Counted from the stretch's first letter, positions 44,583 through 53,791 are shown. The stretch is 64,000 nucleotides of DNA from Bacilli bacterium (GCA_036381315.1 DASVDB010000108.1:22104-86103); one strand, 5' to 3'. Numbers and translations are program-made. The notes: a model not told the origin generated them from the letters alone.

Positions 44583-46454
44583 TTGCGAAAATCATTCCCA
44601 TTTACGCCGGCATTAATCGGATTACTTGCCGGGATATTGGTTTTCACCCTGTTGTTTGCCGATTTCGGCGGCAAACAAGCGGCGGATCGCGCTGTCGCCA
44701 AGGGGGACGCCGAAAAGGTGTATGTGCCGTTCGGGCAAAAGGACGATTATTACTTGTTTGCTTCGGGCGGCCATTCGGGCCAGTTGTTCGTTTACGGTGT
44801 ACCGTCCATGCGCCGTATCCGCACCATCCCGGTGTTTTCGCCCGATACCGCGACCGGTTACGGTTTTGACAAAGAAAGCCGCGACATGCTGGGCGGATAC
44901 ACGTGGGGGGATTTGCACCACCCCGCATTGTCGGAAACAAACGGCGAATACGACGGCAAATACTTGTTTGCTACCGACGTCGCCAACAATCGGGCGGCGG
45001 TTCTCGATCTAACGACTTTCACCACCATCGATATGTTGCAAACGCCCAATACGGTAGGCCCGCACTGTGCGGCATTCGTAACGGAAAACACCGAATATTT
45101 GTTTTTGCCGGCCCGTTTCTCCGCTCCGCTGGGGCAGGAATATGCGCCGCTTGACGATTTTCAGGCGAAATATAAAGGCGTCATGTCTGCCGTCCAGTTT
45201 AACGAAAAAACAAGGAAGCTCGAGCTGGCCTATCAGGTCGCGTTGCCGCCGTGGTCCTATGATCTGTCCGACGCGGGGAAAAAGGTATCCGGGGATTGGG
45301 CGGTGCTGACAACGTACAACACCGAAGAAGCCACATCCAATTACGAGATCAACGCATCGCAGAAAGATCGCGACTATATCGTCCTGTTCAATTGGAAAGA
45401 GCTTGCGAAAAAGATCGATGACGGCCAGTACGAGATGGTAAACGGCGTGAAAATGATCGATCCGGCCAAACAAACAGGCGGCATTTACCTTGTGCCGGTC
45501 GCCAAATCCCCGCACGGCGTTGACGTGACTCCGGACGGCAAGCGGTTTATCGCTTCCGGCAAGCTGGCGCCGGCAATGACGGTATTTTCGTTTGAAAAAG
45601 CGTTTGCCGCCATCAAGAACAAGAAGTTTTCCGGCTATGAAGAAGGGCTGCCGGTTTTGGATTACAACTCCGTCATGGAGCGCGAAGTGAATCCCGAGAA
45701 CGCGCTCGGCCCCTTGCATACGCAATTTGACGATCAGGGAAATGCCTATACGACGATGTTTATTTCTTCGGAAATTGTGAAGTGGGACGTGAACACCGGG
45801 GAAACGCTCGACCGCATTCCGGTGCAATATTCGCCCGGCCACGCCGTGTCGGCTGAGGGAGACAGCATAAGCCCGGACGGCAAGTGGATTGTCGCCCTGA
45901 ACAAATTGGCGAAAGACAGCTATTTGTCGGTAGGGCCGTCGCATCCGGAGTCGATGCAGCTCATTGATTTGTCCGGAGACAAAATGCGCATCATCGCCAG
46001 CGTTCCGGTCGATCCCGAGCCGCATTACGCGCAAATGATCAAGGCGGACAAAATCCATACGATCAATGTTTACCCGCAAGACGAAAAACGGCCTGATTCG
46101 GTATGGAGGCAGGAGGATGCGCGGATTGTGCGCAAAGATGGCGAAGTGCATGTTTATGGCATCGCCATGCGGTCAAAGTTCGTATTGGATGCGAAAGCGA
46201 AGCGCAAAGACGTGATTGAAGCGCGGCAAGGCGACAAAGTGGTCGTTCACTTGACAAACATTGATCTCGATGAGGATATAACGCACGGTTTCGGCATTAA
46301 CGATTATAACCTGAATATGGAAGTGCAGCCGGGCGAGACCAAGACGCTGGAATTTATCGCCGACAAGGCGGGCACCTTCCCGTTCTACTGCACCAACTTC
46401 TGTTCGGCTTTGCACCAGGAAATGTCGGGTTATCTTTTGGTGGAACCGAAATAA
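44583..46454 (+). CDS. nosZ: nitrous-oxide reductase NosZ, clade II (Sec-type/atypical)
   Basis: TTG start with AGGAAAGGGG upstream. Hydrophobic N-terminus with no twin-arginine motif. Motifs: YYLFASGGHSGQLFVYGVPSMRRI, GDLHHP, and the C-terminal CuA motif FYCTNFCSALHQEMSGY. Confidence 0.92.
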   Translation: MRKSFPFTPALIGLLAGILVFTLLFADFGGKQAADRAVAKGDAEKVYVPFGQKDDYYLFASGGHSGQLFVYGVPSMRRIRTIPVFSPDTATGYGFDKESRDMLGGYTWGDLHHPALSETNGEYDGKYLFATDVANNRAAVLDLTTFTTIDMLQTPNTVGPHCAAFVTENTEYLFLPARFSAPLGQEYAPLDDFQAKYKGVMSAVQFNEKTRKLELAYQVALPPWSYDLSDAGKKVSGDWAVLTTYNTEEATSNYEINASQKDRDYIVLFNWKELAKKIDDGQYEMVNGVKMIDPAKQTGGIYLVPVAKSPHGVDVTPDGKRFIASGKLAPAMTVFSFEKAFAAIKNKKFSGYEEGLPVLDYNSVMEREVNPENALGPLHTQFDDQGNAYTTMFISSEIVKWDVNTGETLDRIPVQYSPGHAVSAEGDSISPDGKWIVALNKLAKDSYLSVGPSHPESMQLIDLSGDKMRIIASVPVDPEPHYAQMIKADKIHTINVYPQDEKRPDSVWRQEDARIVRKDGEVHVYGIAMRSKFVLDAKAKRKDVIEARQGDKVVVHLTNIDLDEDITHGFGINDYNLNMEVQPGETKTLEFIADKAGTFPFYCTNFCSALHQEMSGYLLVEPK

Positions 46455-46476
46455 GCCGTTTGCTTCAGGGGGAATC

Positions 46477-47055
46477 ATGATGCCGCGAAAGCTGTCCAAA
46501 ATCGACGCGCTCGCCGTTTTTGCCGCGGCGCTGATGGTTGCCGTAACGATATTTTTGCCGTGGTGGGGTTTGACCTTTTTCGCGCCGCAATATCCGGAAG
46601 GGCTGCGCATTATCGTATACCCGTATAAAATGGTTGGGCGCATCGACATCATTAACGGGCTGAACCATTATATCGGCATGCAGCCATTCAGCGAAGATAC
46701 GTTTCCGGAATTGCGCTATTTGCCCGCCGTTATCGGGGCGCTGGCAGGATTGACGCTGATTGCGGCCATTGTCCGGCGCGCAAAATTGTTATATGTCGTT
46801 ATTGGAGTATATATTATCGGCGGGCTGGCCGGGATATGGGACATTTACCGTTGGCTGTCCCGATTCGGCTTAAATCTCGACCCGCGCGCGCCGATTCACA
46901 TTAAGCCGTTTATACCGCCGATTCTTGGCGCAAACCGCATCGCCAACTTTGTAACGCACAGCTATTTCACGTATGGTTCGATACTTCTGGGCCTCGCGTT
47001 TCTCTTGTTGCTTGCCGCCGCCATTCATCATCGGAAAAGCGGTAAACGGCCATGA
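46477..47055 (+). CDS. four-TM membrane protein in the nosB position (NosB-like, clade II accessory)
   Basis: 192 aa with four predicted TM helices and a conserved-looking loop APQYPEGLRIIVYPYKMVGRIDIINGLNHYIGM. It lies immediately after nosZ and overlaps nosD by ATGA. The name comes from position and topology, not from a search. Confidence 0.5.
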   Translation: MMPRKLSKIDALAVFAAALMVAVTIFLPWWGLTFFAPQYPEGLRIIVYPYKMVGRIDIINGLNHYIGMQPFSEDTFPELRYLPAVIGALAGLTLIAAIVRRAKLLYVVIGVYIIGGLAGIWDIYRWLSRFGLNLDPRAPIHIKPFIPPILGANRIANFVTHSYFTYGSILLGLAFLLLLAAAIHHRKSGKRP

Positions 47056-48440
47056 AGCGCATCAGTATATGGATAATCGGTTTGCTGTGCCTCCTCGCTG
47101 TTATTTGGCCGGAGCACGGCATGGGAAAAGGGGCTCCGCGCCCGGCGCCCGGTTCGCCCGAATCGGCGCCAAGCGGCGGCAAGGGGGCGTCTGTCAGCGC
47201 TTCGTTGCAGCAAATGATTGACGCCGCGCCAGCGGGAGCGGTGATCAAATTGCCTGCACAAACGTTTGCGGGAAATGTAGTCATTGACAAGCCTTGCCAA
47301 TTGATCGGAACGGACGGCACGACAATCCGCGGGGACGGAACCGGAAATGTCATCACAATCCGCGCCTCCCATGTGCTCCTGGAGCGCCTTGTCGTTGAAC
47401 ATGGCGGCACGGACCGCAACTCGGCGGAAGAATACGCTGCGGTAAAAGTGTCGGGCGCGACGGATACAACCATCAAGTCGCTGTTTATCGCCGATTCCTA
47501 TCACGGCATTTATCTGAAAAACAGCGACGGCAATGTGATCGAGAATGTAACGGTGCAGGGGGCGGGAAGCGCGGAAATCGCCAGCCAGGGCAACGGCATC
47601 CAGCTCGTGCATGCGAACCGCAACAAACTTGTGAACAACAAAATCACAGGGACGCGGGACGGCATTTACTTTTACTACGCCGACCACAATTTAGCCGAAG
47701 GCAACCGCATCAGCGGCACTCGTTACGGCTTGCATTATATGTATGCGAACGGTAACCGTTTTTGGGCGAACCGCTTTACCGGCAATATTGGCGGAGCGGC
47801 CATTATGCTGTCCCGGAATATCGAACTTTCCGCCAACCAATTTTCCGGGCAAAACGGCACGCAAGCGTTCGGGATTCTGCTTAAGGAAAGCGAAAATGTC
47901 CAAATCGGCGGCAACCATTTTTCGGAAAACCAGCGCGGGTTGTATATCGATAATTCCTTTAACTATAAAATTACCGGAAATACGTTCGCGCACAACAAGA
48001 TCGGCGTGGAAATCTGGGCGAGCGCGGCCAATGGGGCGTTCAGCCAAAACCGCTTTGTGCGCAACGCCGTTCCGGTCGTCGCTGTTGGCGGCGCGGGAAC
48101 AAACGCCTGGAGCGAACATGGGCGGGGCAACTTGTGGGCGGAAGAGCCCGCGCTTGATTTGAATCGGGACGGACTTGGCGATGTGCCCGTGCAATACAAA
48201 TCGTCGCTCGGGCGGCTGATCAAGGAAAGCGAGCTTGTTTACCTGTTTCTCGGCAGCCCGTCCGTGCGCATTTACGAAGAGATAAACCGCCTGCTGAACA
48301 GGCAGGACATCATGTTTACCGATCCGCACCCGCTCGCGGAGCGTGCGGGGATTCACCCGGCGGCTATTTTCGCGGCTGTGGCGGGTGCAGCGTTGCTGTC
48401 GACTTTCTATGTGATTCGGCGCAAAAGGAGATGGGGCTGA
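47052..48440 (+). CDS. nosD: NosD, periplasmic beta-helix copper-insertion accessory protein
   Basis: Signal peptide followed by repeated beta-helix turns (GIYLKNSDGNVIENV, GIQLVHANRNKLVNN, RDGIYFYYADHNLAEGN, RYGLHYMYANGNRFWAN, GAAIMLSRN). Has a C-terminal TM helix. Confidence 0.88.
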   Translation: MKRISIWIIGLLCLLAVIWPEHGMGKGAPRPAPGSPESAPSGGKGASVSASLQQMIDAAPAGAVIKLPAQTFAGNVVIDKPCQLIGTDGTTIRGDGTGNVITIRASHVLLERLVVEHGGTDRNSAEEYAAVKVSGATDTTIKSLFIADSYHGIYLKNSDGNVIENVTVQGAGSAEIASQGNGIQLVHANRNKLVNNKITGTRDGIYFYYADHNLAEGNRISGTRYGLHYMYANGNRFWANRFTGNIGGAAIMLSRNIELSANQFSGQNGTQAFGILLKESENVQIGGNHFSENQRGLYIDNSFNYKITGNTFAHNKIGVEIWASAANGAFSQNRFVRNAVPVVAVGGAGTNAWSEHGRGNLWAEEPALDLNRDGLGDVPVQYKSSLGRLIKESELVYLFLGSPSVRIYEEINRLLNRQDIMFTDPHPLAERAGIHPAAIFAAVAGAALLSTFYVIRRKRRWG

Positions 48441-49249
48441 TGGGCGCATACATCGCATACATTTGGAAGGAATGGCGGGAGGCGCTTCGGGGGAAAGGTT
48501 TTTGGCTGATCATGGGGCTTTTTGCGTTGCTGTCCGTCCTTATGCTGTGGCAAGCGCGTACGTTTCCGGCGGAGCAGGGCTTGAAGCTGTATTTGCTGTC
48601 CCTATATGAATTGGAGGTTTACCTTGTTCCGCTGCTCGCCCTGTTTTTTTCGGCCATGTCCGTTTTGCAGGAGAAAGAACAGAAGACGATGCTGCTGCTT
48701 GTTGTGAAACGGGAGAAGCCGGCTACTTTTTTATGGAAAAAAGGCATTGCCGTACAATTTACGATTTTGCCCTCGGTTTTGCTGCTTAAGCTCGTGTTGG
48801 TGTTGCCGCTCAAGATTCTGTTTGCCTTTGCCTGGTCCGGGTATTTGCCGTATGTCGCGGTGTTGCTTGCGCTATGGCTTGTGTTTAATCAAATGGGCGT
48901 TGCCGCCGGCGCGTTTTGCGGCAACAAAATGCAACTGGCGGGCGCGGCGGTTGCGCTTTGGTTTTTGTTTGTATTTGCGGCTGATACCGTTTTGCTTTAT
49001 TTACTGCCAACCGTGACTGCGGAAAATATGGCGCTTTTTTCGACCCTGTATTTTATCGATCCGCTGCACGCCTTGCATTTTTATCTGGAAACGGCGTTCG
49101 GCTTTTTCCCGCTGGAGCATATGTCGAGAGTGATGAAGCAAATGGTGATGCTTTCGCCCGCCGCGTATGTGGCGCTTGACCTGGCGGTTTGGCTGCCGCT
49201 GTTGTCGGCGCTTGCCGTGTTCGCGGGAAGGAGGGTTGCGCAGCAATGA
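48431..49249 (+). CDS. nosY: NosY, ABC-2-type permease
   Basis: 272 aa, 6 TM. Overlaps nosD by 10 nt and nosF by ATGA. Confidence 0.75.
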   Translation: MGLMGAYIAYIWKEWREALRGKGFWLIMGLFALLSVLMLWQARTFPAEQGLKLYLLSLYELEVYLVPLLALFFSAMSVLQEKEQKTMLLLVVKREKPATFLWKKGIAVQFTILPSVLLLKLVLVLPLKILFAFAWSGYLPYVAVLLALWLVFNQMGVAAGAFCGNKMQLAGAAVALWFLFVFAADTVLLYLLPTVTAENMALFSTLYFIDPLHALHFYLETAFGFFPLEHMSRVMKQMVMLSPAAYVALDLAVWLPLLSALAVFAGRRVAQQ

Positions 49250-49911
49250 TCGTAATTCGCGGATTATCCCAGGCGTATGGAGGCAATACGGTGCTGGACC
49301 ATGTCGACCTTACCGTTGCCAAAGGTGAAATTTGCGCGCTCATCGGCGGCAACGGAGCGGGGAAAACGACGCTGTTCAGGTCGTTGCTCGGGCTGATGCC
49401 GGTCAGACAGGGAACCGTCACGCTGGCCGGCATCCCCCACCGCCGCCGTGAATGGAAACGGCATGTCTCGTTTTTGCCGGAGAAGTTTCAACTGTATCCG
49501 CTTTTGACCGGCGAGGAAAATGTGCGGTTTTTCGCTTCTTGCGGCAGGCAAACGGTAGATTTTGCCCAAATCGAGCGCGTGTTAAGGCAAACGTCCCTTT
49601 GGGACGACAAGGACAAGCTTGCGCGCGATTTTTCAAAAGGGATGCTGCAGCGTCTCGGGCTTGCGGTGATGCTGTATGAACAGACAGATATCTGGATTCT
49701 CGATGAACCGACAAGCGGCTTGGATCCCAACGGCCGCGAAGACATTTTGGCGCTCATCGGCGGTTTGCGCGATAAAACGGTGCTGTTTTCGACGCATGAT
49801 GTTTCCGAGGTTAAGCGTGTCTGCACGCATGTTGCCGTGCTGTCCGGCGGAAAAATCGCAAAATCCACGGCAGCCGATTTTTTGCGGCAGCAGAAAGGGG
49901 ATCGTGGATGA
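49246..49911 (+). CDS. nosF: NosF, ABC transporter ATP-binding protein
   Basis: Start ATG 49246 (GGGAAGGAGGG upstream), not the ORF-track 49189. Walker A GGNGAGKTT, signature FSKGMLQRLGLA, Walker B IWILDEPTSGLD. Confidence 0.85.
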   Translation: MIVIRGLSQAYGGNTVLDHVDLTVAKGEICALIGGNGAGKTTLFRSLLGLMPVRQGTVTLAGIPHRRREWKRHVSFLPEKFQLYPLLTGEENVRFFASCGRQTVDFAQIERVLRQTSLWDDKDKLARDFSKGMLQRLGLAVMLYEQTDIWILDEPTSGLDPNGREDILALIGGLRDKTVLFSTHDVSEVKRVCTHVAVLSGGKIAKSTAADFLRQQKGDRG

Positions 49912-50294
49912 ATACACGGATTGTTCTCCATGCGGTTGCCGCCGCAATCTGCGCCATGCTGCTGGCCGTTTTGCCAGGCTGCGGATCGTCCGGGCAATGG
50001 GAGGCCGCGCTTGCCGTACCGCCATCATGGCAGCCGGGCAAGGCGCTGCCGCTTGTTTTGACGGTAACGGAACAGGGGAAGCCGGCTGCTCATCTGTCCA
50101 TCACCGCGCGGCTGGAGATGGACAGAATGGAGCATGACGCCATCGCCCTGTCATTTACGGAGAAATCTGCCGGCCGCTACGAGGCTTACGCGATGCTGCC
50201 GATGGGCGGAGATTGGATCGCGGCTTTGCAACTTGCGAAAGCGGGCAAGCATGAGGAGCATGTGATCGCATTTACGGTAAAATCCGGACGATAA
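49908..50294 (+). CDS. small lipoprotein with a YtkA/FixH-like beta-sandwich domain, in the position usually held by NosL
   Basis: Lipobox LAVLPGCG. Pattern LEMDRMEHD ... GRYEAYAMLPMGGDWIAALQL is typical of YtkA-like domains. The start overlaps the nosF stop (ATGA). Confidence 0.55.
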   Translation: MNTRIVLHAVAAAICAMLLAVLPGCGSSGQWEAALAVPPSWQPGKALPLVLTVTEQGKPAAHLSITARLEMDRMEHDAIALSFTEKSAGRYEAYAMLPMGGDWIAALQLAKAGKHEEHVIAFTVKSGR

Positions 50295-50335
50295 GCGATT
50301 CGGGCGAGCCAACCCAATGAATCGGAGCAAATCAA

Positions 50336-50383
50336 CGCTTTCCGCCGTGTTCACATAACGCGGCCGGAAGGCGTTTTTTTTTT
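50336..50383 (+). terminator. Rho-independent terminator closing the nos cluster
   Basis: Arms cgctttccgccg / cggccggaaggcg (one mismatch, one bulge), followed by a T10 run. Confidence 0.6.
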
Positions 50384-50412
50384 GGAATTTTATTATTTCT
50401 AAATTTATAGTA

Positions 50413-50441
50413 TTGACAACATCCAAACCGCTTATTACAAT
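50413..50441 (+). promoter_or_regulatory. sigma-A-type promoter: TTGACA, 17 nt, TACAAT
   Basis: Perfect -35 TTGACA (50413-50418), a 17-nt spacer, then -10 TACAAT (50436-50441). Direct repeats TGTAACA (50442-50448 and 50461-50467) lie over and just after the predicted start site. Confidence 0.65.
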
Positions 50442-50505
50442 TGTAACATATCAGAACAAATGTAACAGTCGTATTCGCATTCAGACAGCACAAGGAGAGA
50501 TGACC

Positions 50506-51798
50506 ATGTTGGGGTTAAATCGGAAATTGGCGGCGCTGGCCAAAGACGGCGGCTATATTCGGGTTGGATTGATCGGCGCCGGGCAGATGGGAAGAGGAAT
50601 GATCTCGCAAATTTCCGGCATGCAAGGCATGAAGGTTGTGATCGCCGCCGACTTGTTCGTCGACAATGTATTGAAAGCGTTTGCCCTATCGGGAGTAAAA
50701 CCGGCGGACATGCGCGAGATCAATGACCGGGATCAGGCGGACAAATGGATCGCTTCCGGCGGAGTGGTGGCGACCACCAATGCGGACATGCTGCCGCATC
50801 TGGATCAAGTCGACGTGATCGTGGACGCTACCGGAATAACGGATGTGGGAGCAAAAGCGGCATGGAACGCCATCCTGCGAAAAAAACATATCGTAATGCT
50901 GAACGTGGAAACCGATGTGACGATTGGTCCGTTATTGAAAAAAATGGCGGACTCCGCCGGAGTTGTCTATACGGGATCAGCCGGCGACGAACCGGGCGCA
51001 ATTATGGAACTGTTTGATTTTGCCCAGGCGATCGGGTTCGATATTATCGCGTTGGGCAAGGGCAAAAACAACAAATTGAATCTCGCGGCCAATCCGCAAA
51101 CAACCGCGGCGGAGGCGGCGGAGAAAGGCGCCAGCCCGAAGATGCTCGCATCGTTCCAGGACGGTTCCAAGACAATGGTGGAGATGACCGCCGTTGCCAA
51201 TGCGACGGGCTTTGAACCGGACATTCCGGGAATGCACGGGCCGCAAGGCGAGGTAAAAGACCTGCCGAATTTGTTCCGGCTGAAAGAAGAAGGCGGGATC
51301 CTGAACAAACGGAAAATCGTCGATTTTGTAAACGGCGTGGCTCCTGGAGTGTTCGCGGTCATCACCTCGGACAAGCCGGAAGTACTGGCTGAATTGAAAT
51401 ATTTGAAAATGGGCGAGGGTCCCTATTACGCATTATACCGCCCTTATCATCTGACCAGTTTGGAGACTCCGCTGACCATTGCCAGAGCCTATTTTTACGG
51501 GGAACCGACGATCGCGCCATATTACGGACTTGTTGCGGAAACGGTGGCTACGGCGAAAAGAAATTTGCGCGCGGGCGAAGCGTTGGACGGAATCGGCGGC
51601 TTTACCGCTTACGGGAAAATTATGACCGCGGCCGATCGTCAAGCGGCAAATGCATTGCCTTTGGGGTTGATCGGGCCGAACGTCCGCATGAAACGGGACG
51701 TCCCGCAAAACAGTGTGATCACGTACGACGATGTGGAATTCACTGAAAAGAACATGATATTGCTATTGCGCGAGTTGATGATGCAGAACTTGGCTTAA
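50506..51798 (+). CDS. NAD(P)-binding oxidoreductase with C-terminal SAF domain (homoserine-dehydrogenase-like, COG4091 type)
   Basis: Start ATG 50506 (AAGGAGAG 6 nt upstream; ATG 50500 is also possible). Rossmann segment IRVGLIGAGQMGRGM, then GSAGDEPGAIMELFDFA, then a SAF-like C-terminus (AKRNLRAGEALDGIGGFTAYG). Confidence 0.7.
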   Translation: MLGLNRKLAALAKDGGYIRVGLIGAGQMGRGMISQISGMQGMKVVIAADLFVDNVLKAFALSGVKPADMREINDRDQADKWIASGGVVATTNADMLPHLDQVDVIVDATGITDVGAKAAWNAILRKKHIVMLNVETDVTIGPLLKKMADSAGVVYTGSAGDEPGAIMELFDFAQAIGFDIIALGKGKNNKLNLAANPQTTAAEAAEKGASPKMLASFQDGSKTMVEMTAVANATGFEPDIPGMHGPQGEVKDLPNLFRLKEEGGILNKRKIVDFVNGVAPGVFAVITSDKPEVLAELKYLKMGEGPYYALYRPYHLTSLETPLTIARAYFYGEPTIAPYYGLVAETVATAKRNLRAGEALDGIGGFTAYGKIMTAADRQAANALPLGLIGPNVRMKRDVPQNSVITYDDVEFTEKNMILLLRELMMQNLA

Positions 51799-51813
51799 TC
51801 AAAGGATGGTTAC

Positions 51814-52539
51814 ATGATGACGCAGGCAATTTGGCATATTGACGTTTGGCATTTGACTTTACGGCTTGGATTGTCGTTGGTACTGGGTGGCTTGATCGGG
51901 CTTGAACGCGAGATTAACCATCATCCCGCCGGCTTTCGCACTCATATACTCGTCTGTATCGGTTCTGCGTCCATCATGCTGTTGTCCATTTACGGTTTTT
52001 CCGAATTTGTCAAAGAAACCAACGTGCGAATCGATCCCGCCCGTATTGCGGCGCAAGTTGTAAGCGGTATCGGGTTTTTGGGCGCCGGCACCATTTTGCG
52101 CAACGGATCTTCCGTTTCGGGTCTGACAACGGCAGCGTCGCTTTGGGTTACTGCCGGAATCGGCTTGTCGGTGGGCGCCGGGCTTTACAATGCCGCGTTG
52201 ATTACCGCGGCGCTCGTCCTGATTTGTCTGTTTCTGTTGAATAAATTCGGCAAAAAATTAAACAGCATGCGGGAGCAGGCTATGCTTATCACAATCGGGG
52301 ATGACGCCGACCGGATCGGCGAAGTGGTAACCGGATTGGAATCCGCCAACATTCAAATACTGAAGATGACTGTTACCCGCGATGCCGACACATGCAAACA
52401 CATTATTCGCTGCGTATATCAGCCCGAACGCGGCCAAGATAATATAGAGAATATTCTGGCGACCCAGATTGGCGGCTTGTCGGGCGTACAAACAATCCAG
52501 TTCGAACGCGGAGCAACGAAAACGCTATCGTTGCATTGA
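51814..52539 (+). CDS. mgtC: MgtC/SapB-family membrane protein
   Basis: Motifs LRLGLSLVLGGLIGLEREINHHPAGFRTHILVCIGSA and GIGFLGAGTI, with a C-terminal ACT-like soluble domain. Confidence 0.85.
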   Translation: MMTQAIWHIDVWHLTLRLGLSLVLGGLIGLEREINHHPAGFRTHILVCIGSASIMLLSIYGFSEFVKETNVRIDPARIAAQVVSGIGFLGAGTILRNGSSVSGLTTAASLWVTAGIGLSVGAGLYNAALITAALVLICLFLLNKFGKKLNSMREQAMLITIGDDADRIGEVVTGLESANIQILKMTVTRDADTCKHIIRCVYQPERGQDNIENILATQIGGLSGVQTIQFERGATKTLSLH

Positions 52540-52683
52540 GCGCTCCGAATCGCGGCGGGTATTCATGAAAGGGGGTGATGGAAAGTCCCGGGAGGAAAAC
52601 AGTCCGATGTGAGTAAAGTGCAGACAGTACGGATTTTAAAAGCCTGTCCGATGATTTGAAAAAAAACAAAAAGGGTGAAGAAT

Positions 52684-53754
52684 ATGAAAAAAGCAGGGTA
52701 TCTGTTATTGGCGCTGGTCCTTATCTTTGTGGTCGCAGGATGCGGCAACAAATCAGATCAAGGAGCGCAAAGCACGACCGCTCCGCAAAGCACCGCTTCC
52801 GGCGATACACAAAATACGCCCGCGCCGGCTGAGGAAAATGCGACAATTAACCTGTACACTTCCGAATCGCAAGATTTGGTAAACGAAATGGTAAACGATT
52901 TCAAAGCCGCAAATCCGGGAATCGATGTGAATATTTTCCGTTCCGGCACAGGTCCGGTCATCTCCAAGATTCAGGCCGAGATGGGTGCGGGCGGCATTCA
53001 GGCGGATGTAATCTGGTTCGCTGATATCGATTTCTTCGGTCAACTTGCAGAAAAAGGACTGCTCGAAGCGTATAATTCACCTGAGGCCAAAGACCTCGAT
53101 CCGCGCTATGTATATGATGGCGGTAAATATTATGAAGTAAGACAGATCTTCAACGTAATCGGATACAATACGAACAAAGTGAAGACGGCGCCCAAATCAT
53201 GGAAAGACCTGGCTGATCCGTCCTTGAAAGGAAAAGTCGCCATCGCCGATCCGAACTATTCCGGCGCTGCATTTTTCACGCTCGCCACATTTGTCAACGA
53301 CCAGAATCTTGGTTGGGATTATTTCAAAAGCCTGAAAGCGAACAACACCAAATTTGAACAATCCAACGGCAATCTGACAAGCAAAGTGTCTTCCGGGGAA
53401 TATTCCGCCGTGTCCGTGGTCGACTTCATGGTGCGAAACGCCAAAAATTCCGGTTCTCCCGTCGACACCGTATGGCCGAGCGAAGGTGCCGTACTGATTC
53501 CGACACCGGTAGGCATTATCTCTTCTTCGCAACATAAGGAAGCGGCCAAGAAATTGATCGACTATTTCTTGTCCGAAGCCGGTCAGAAATTCTTTGTCAA
53601 ACAAGGTTATATTCCGGTTAAAGACGGAGTAGGTGTACCGGAGGGCGCGCCAAACCTTAAAGATATTAAAATTTACCCGCTGGCCACCGAATTTATGAGC
53701 AAAAACCGTGATAATCTGAAGAAGACATTTGGAGAGATCTTTGAGACAAAATAA
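52684..53754 (+). CDS. ABC transporter substrate-binding lipoprotein, Fe(3+)/thiamine/polyamine-type (AfuA/FbpA-like family)
   Basis: Start ATG 52684; lipobox VVAGCGN. Motifs INLYTSESQDLVNEM, FRSGTGPVISKI, VIWFADI and PNYSGAAF are typical of this SBP family. The ligand cannot be called. Confidence 0.65.
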   Translation: MKKAGYLLLALVLIFVVAGCGNKSDQGAQSTTAPQSTASGDTQNTPAPAEENATINLYTSESQDLVNEMVNDFKAANPGIDVNIFRSGTGPVISKIQAEMGAGGIQADVIWFADIDFFGQLAEKGLLEAYNSPEAKDLDPRYVYDGGKYYEVRQIFNVIGYNTNKVKTAPKSWKDLADPSLKGKVAIADPNYSGAAFFTLATFVNDQNLGWDYFKSLKANNTKFEQSNGNLTSKVSSGEYSAVSVVDFMVRNAKNSGSPVDTVWPSEGAVLIPTPVGIISSSQHKEAAKKLIDYFLSEAGQKFFVKQGYIPVKDGVGVPEGAPNLKDIKIYPLATEFMSKNRDNLKKTFGEIFETK

Positions 53755-53791
53755 GACACCTGGCAAACCGGTGGGAGAGGAATTGAATGGC

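Noticed and set aside
49189-49245. Upstream extension of nosF (ORF-track start 49189) overlapping nosY by 60 nt
   Set aside because: ATG 49246 has a strong GGGAAGGAGGG RBS and forms an ATGA overlap with the nosY stop. The ABC ATPase homology begins right at MIVIRGLSQAY.
52540-52683. Possible riboswitch (TPP, cobalamin or NiCo) or Fur box in the 144-nt leader of the Fe3+/thiamine-type ABC transporter
   Set aside because: I found no CTGAGA/ACCTGATCTGGATAATGCCAGCG-type TPP core, no B12 box and no 7-1-7 Fur box. Only weak hairpins are present. A covariance-model scan (Rfam) would be needed, and a clear hit there would overturn this rejection.
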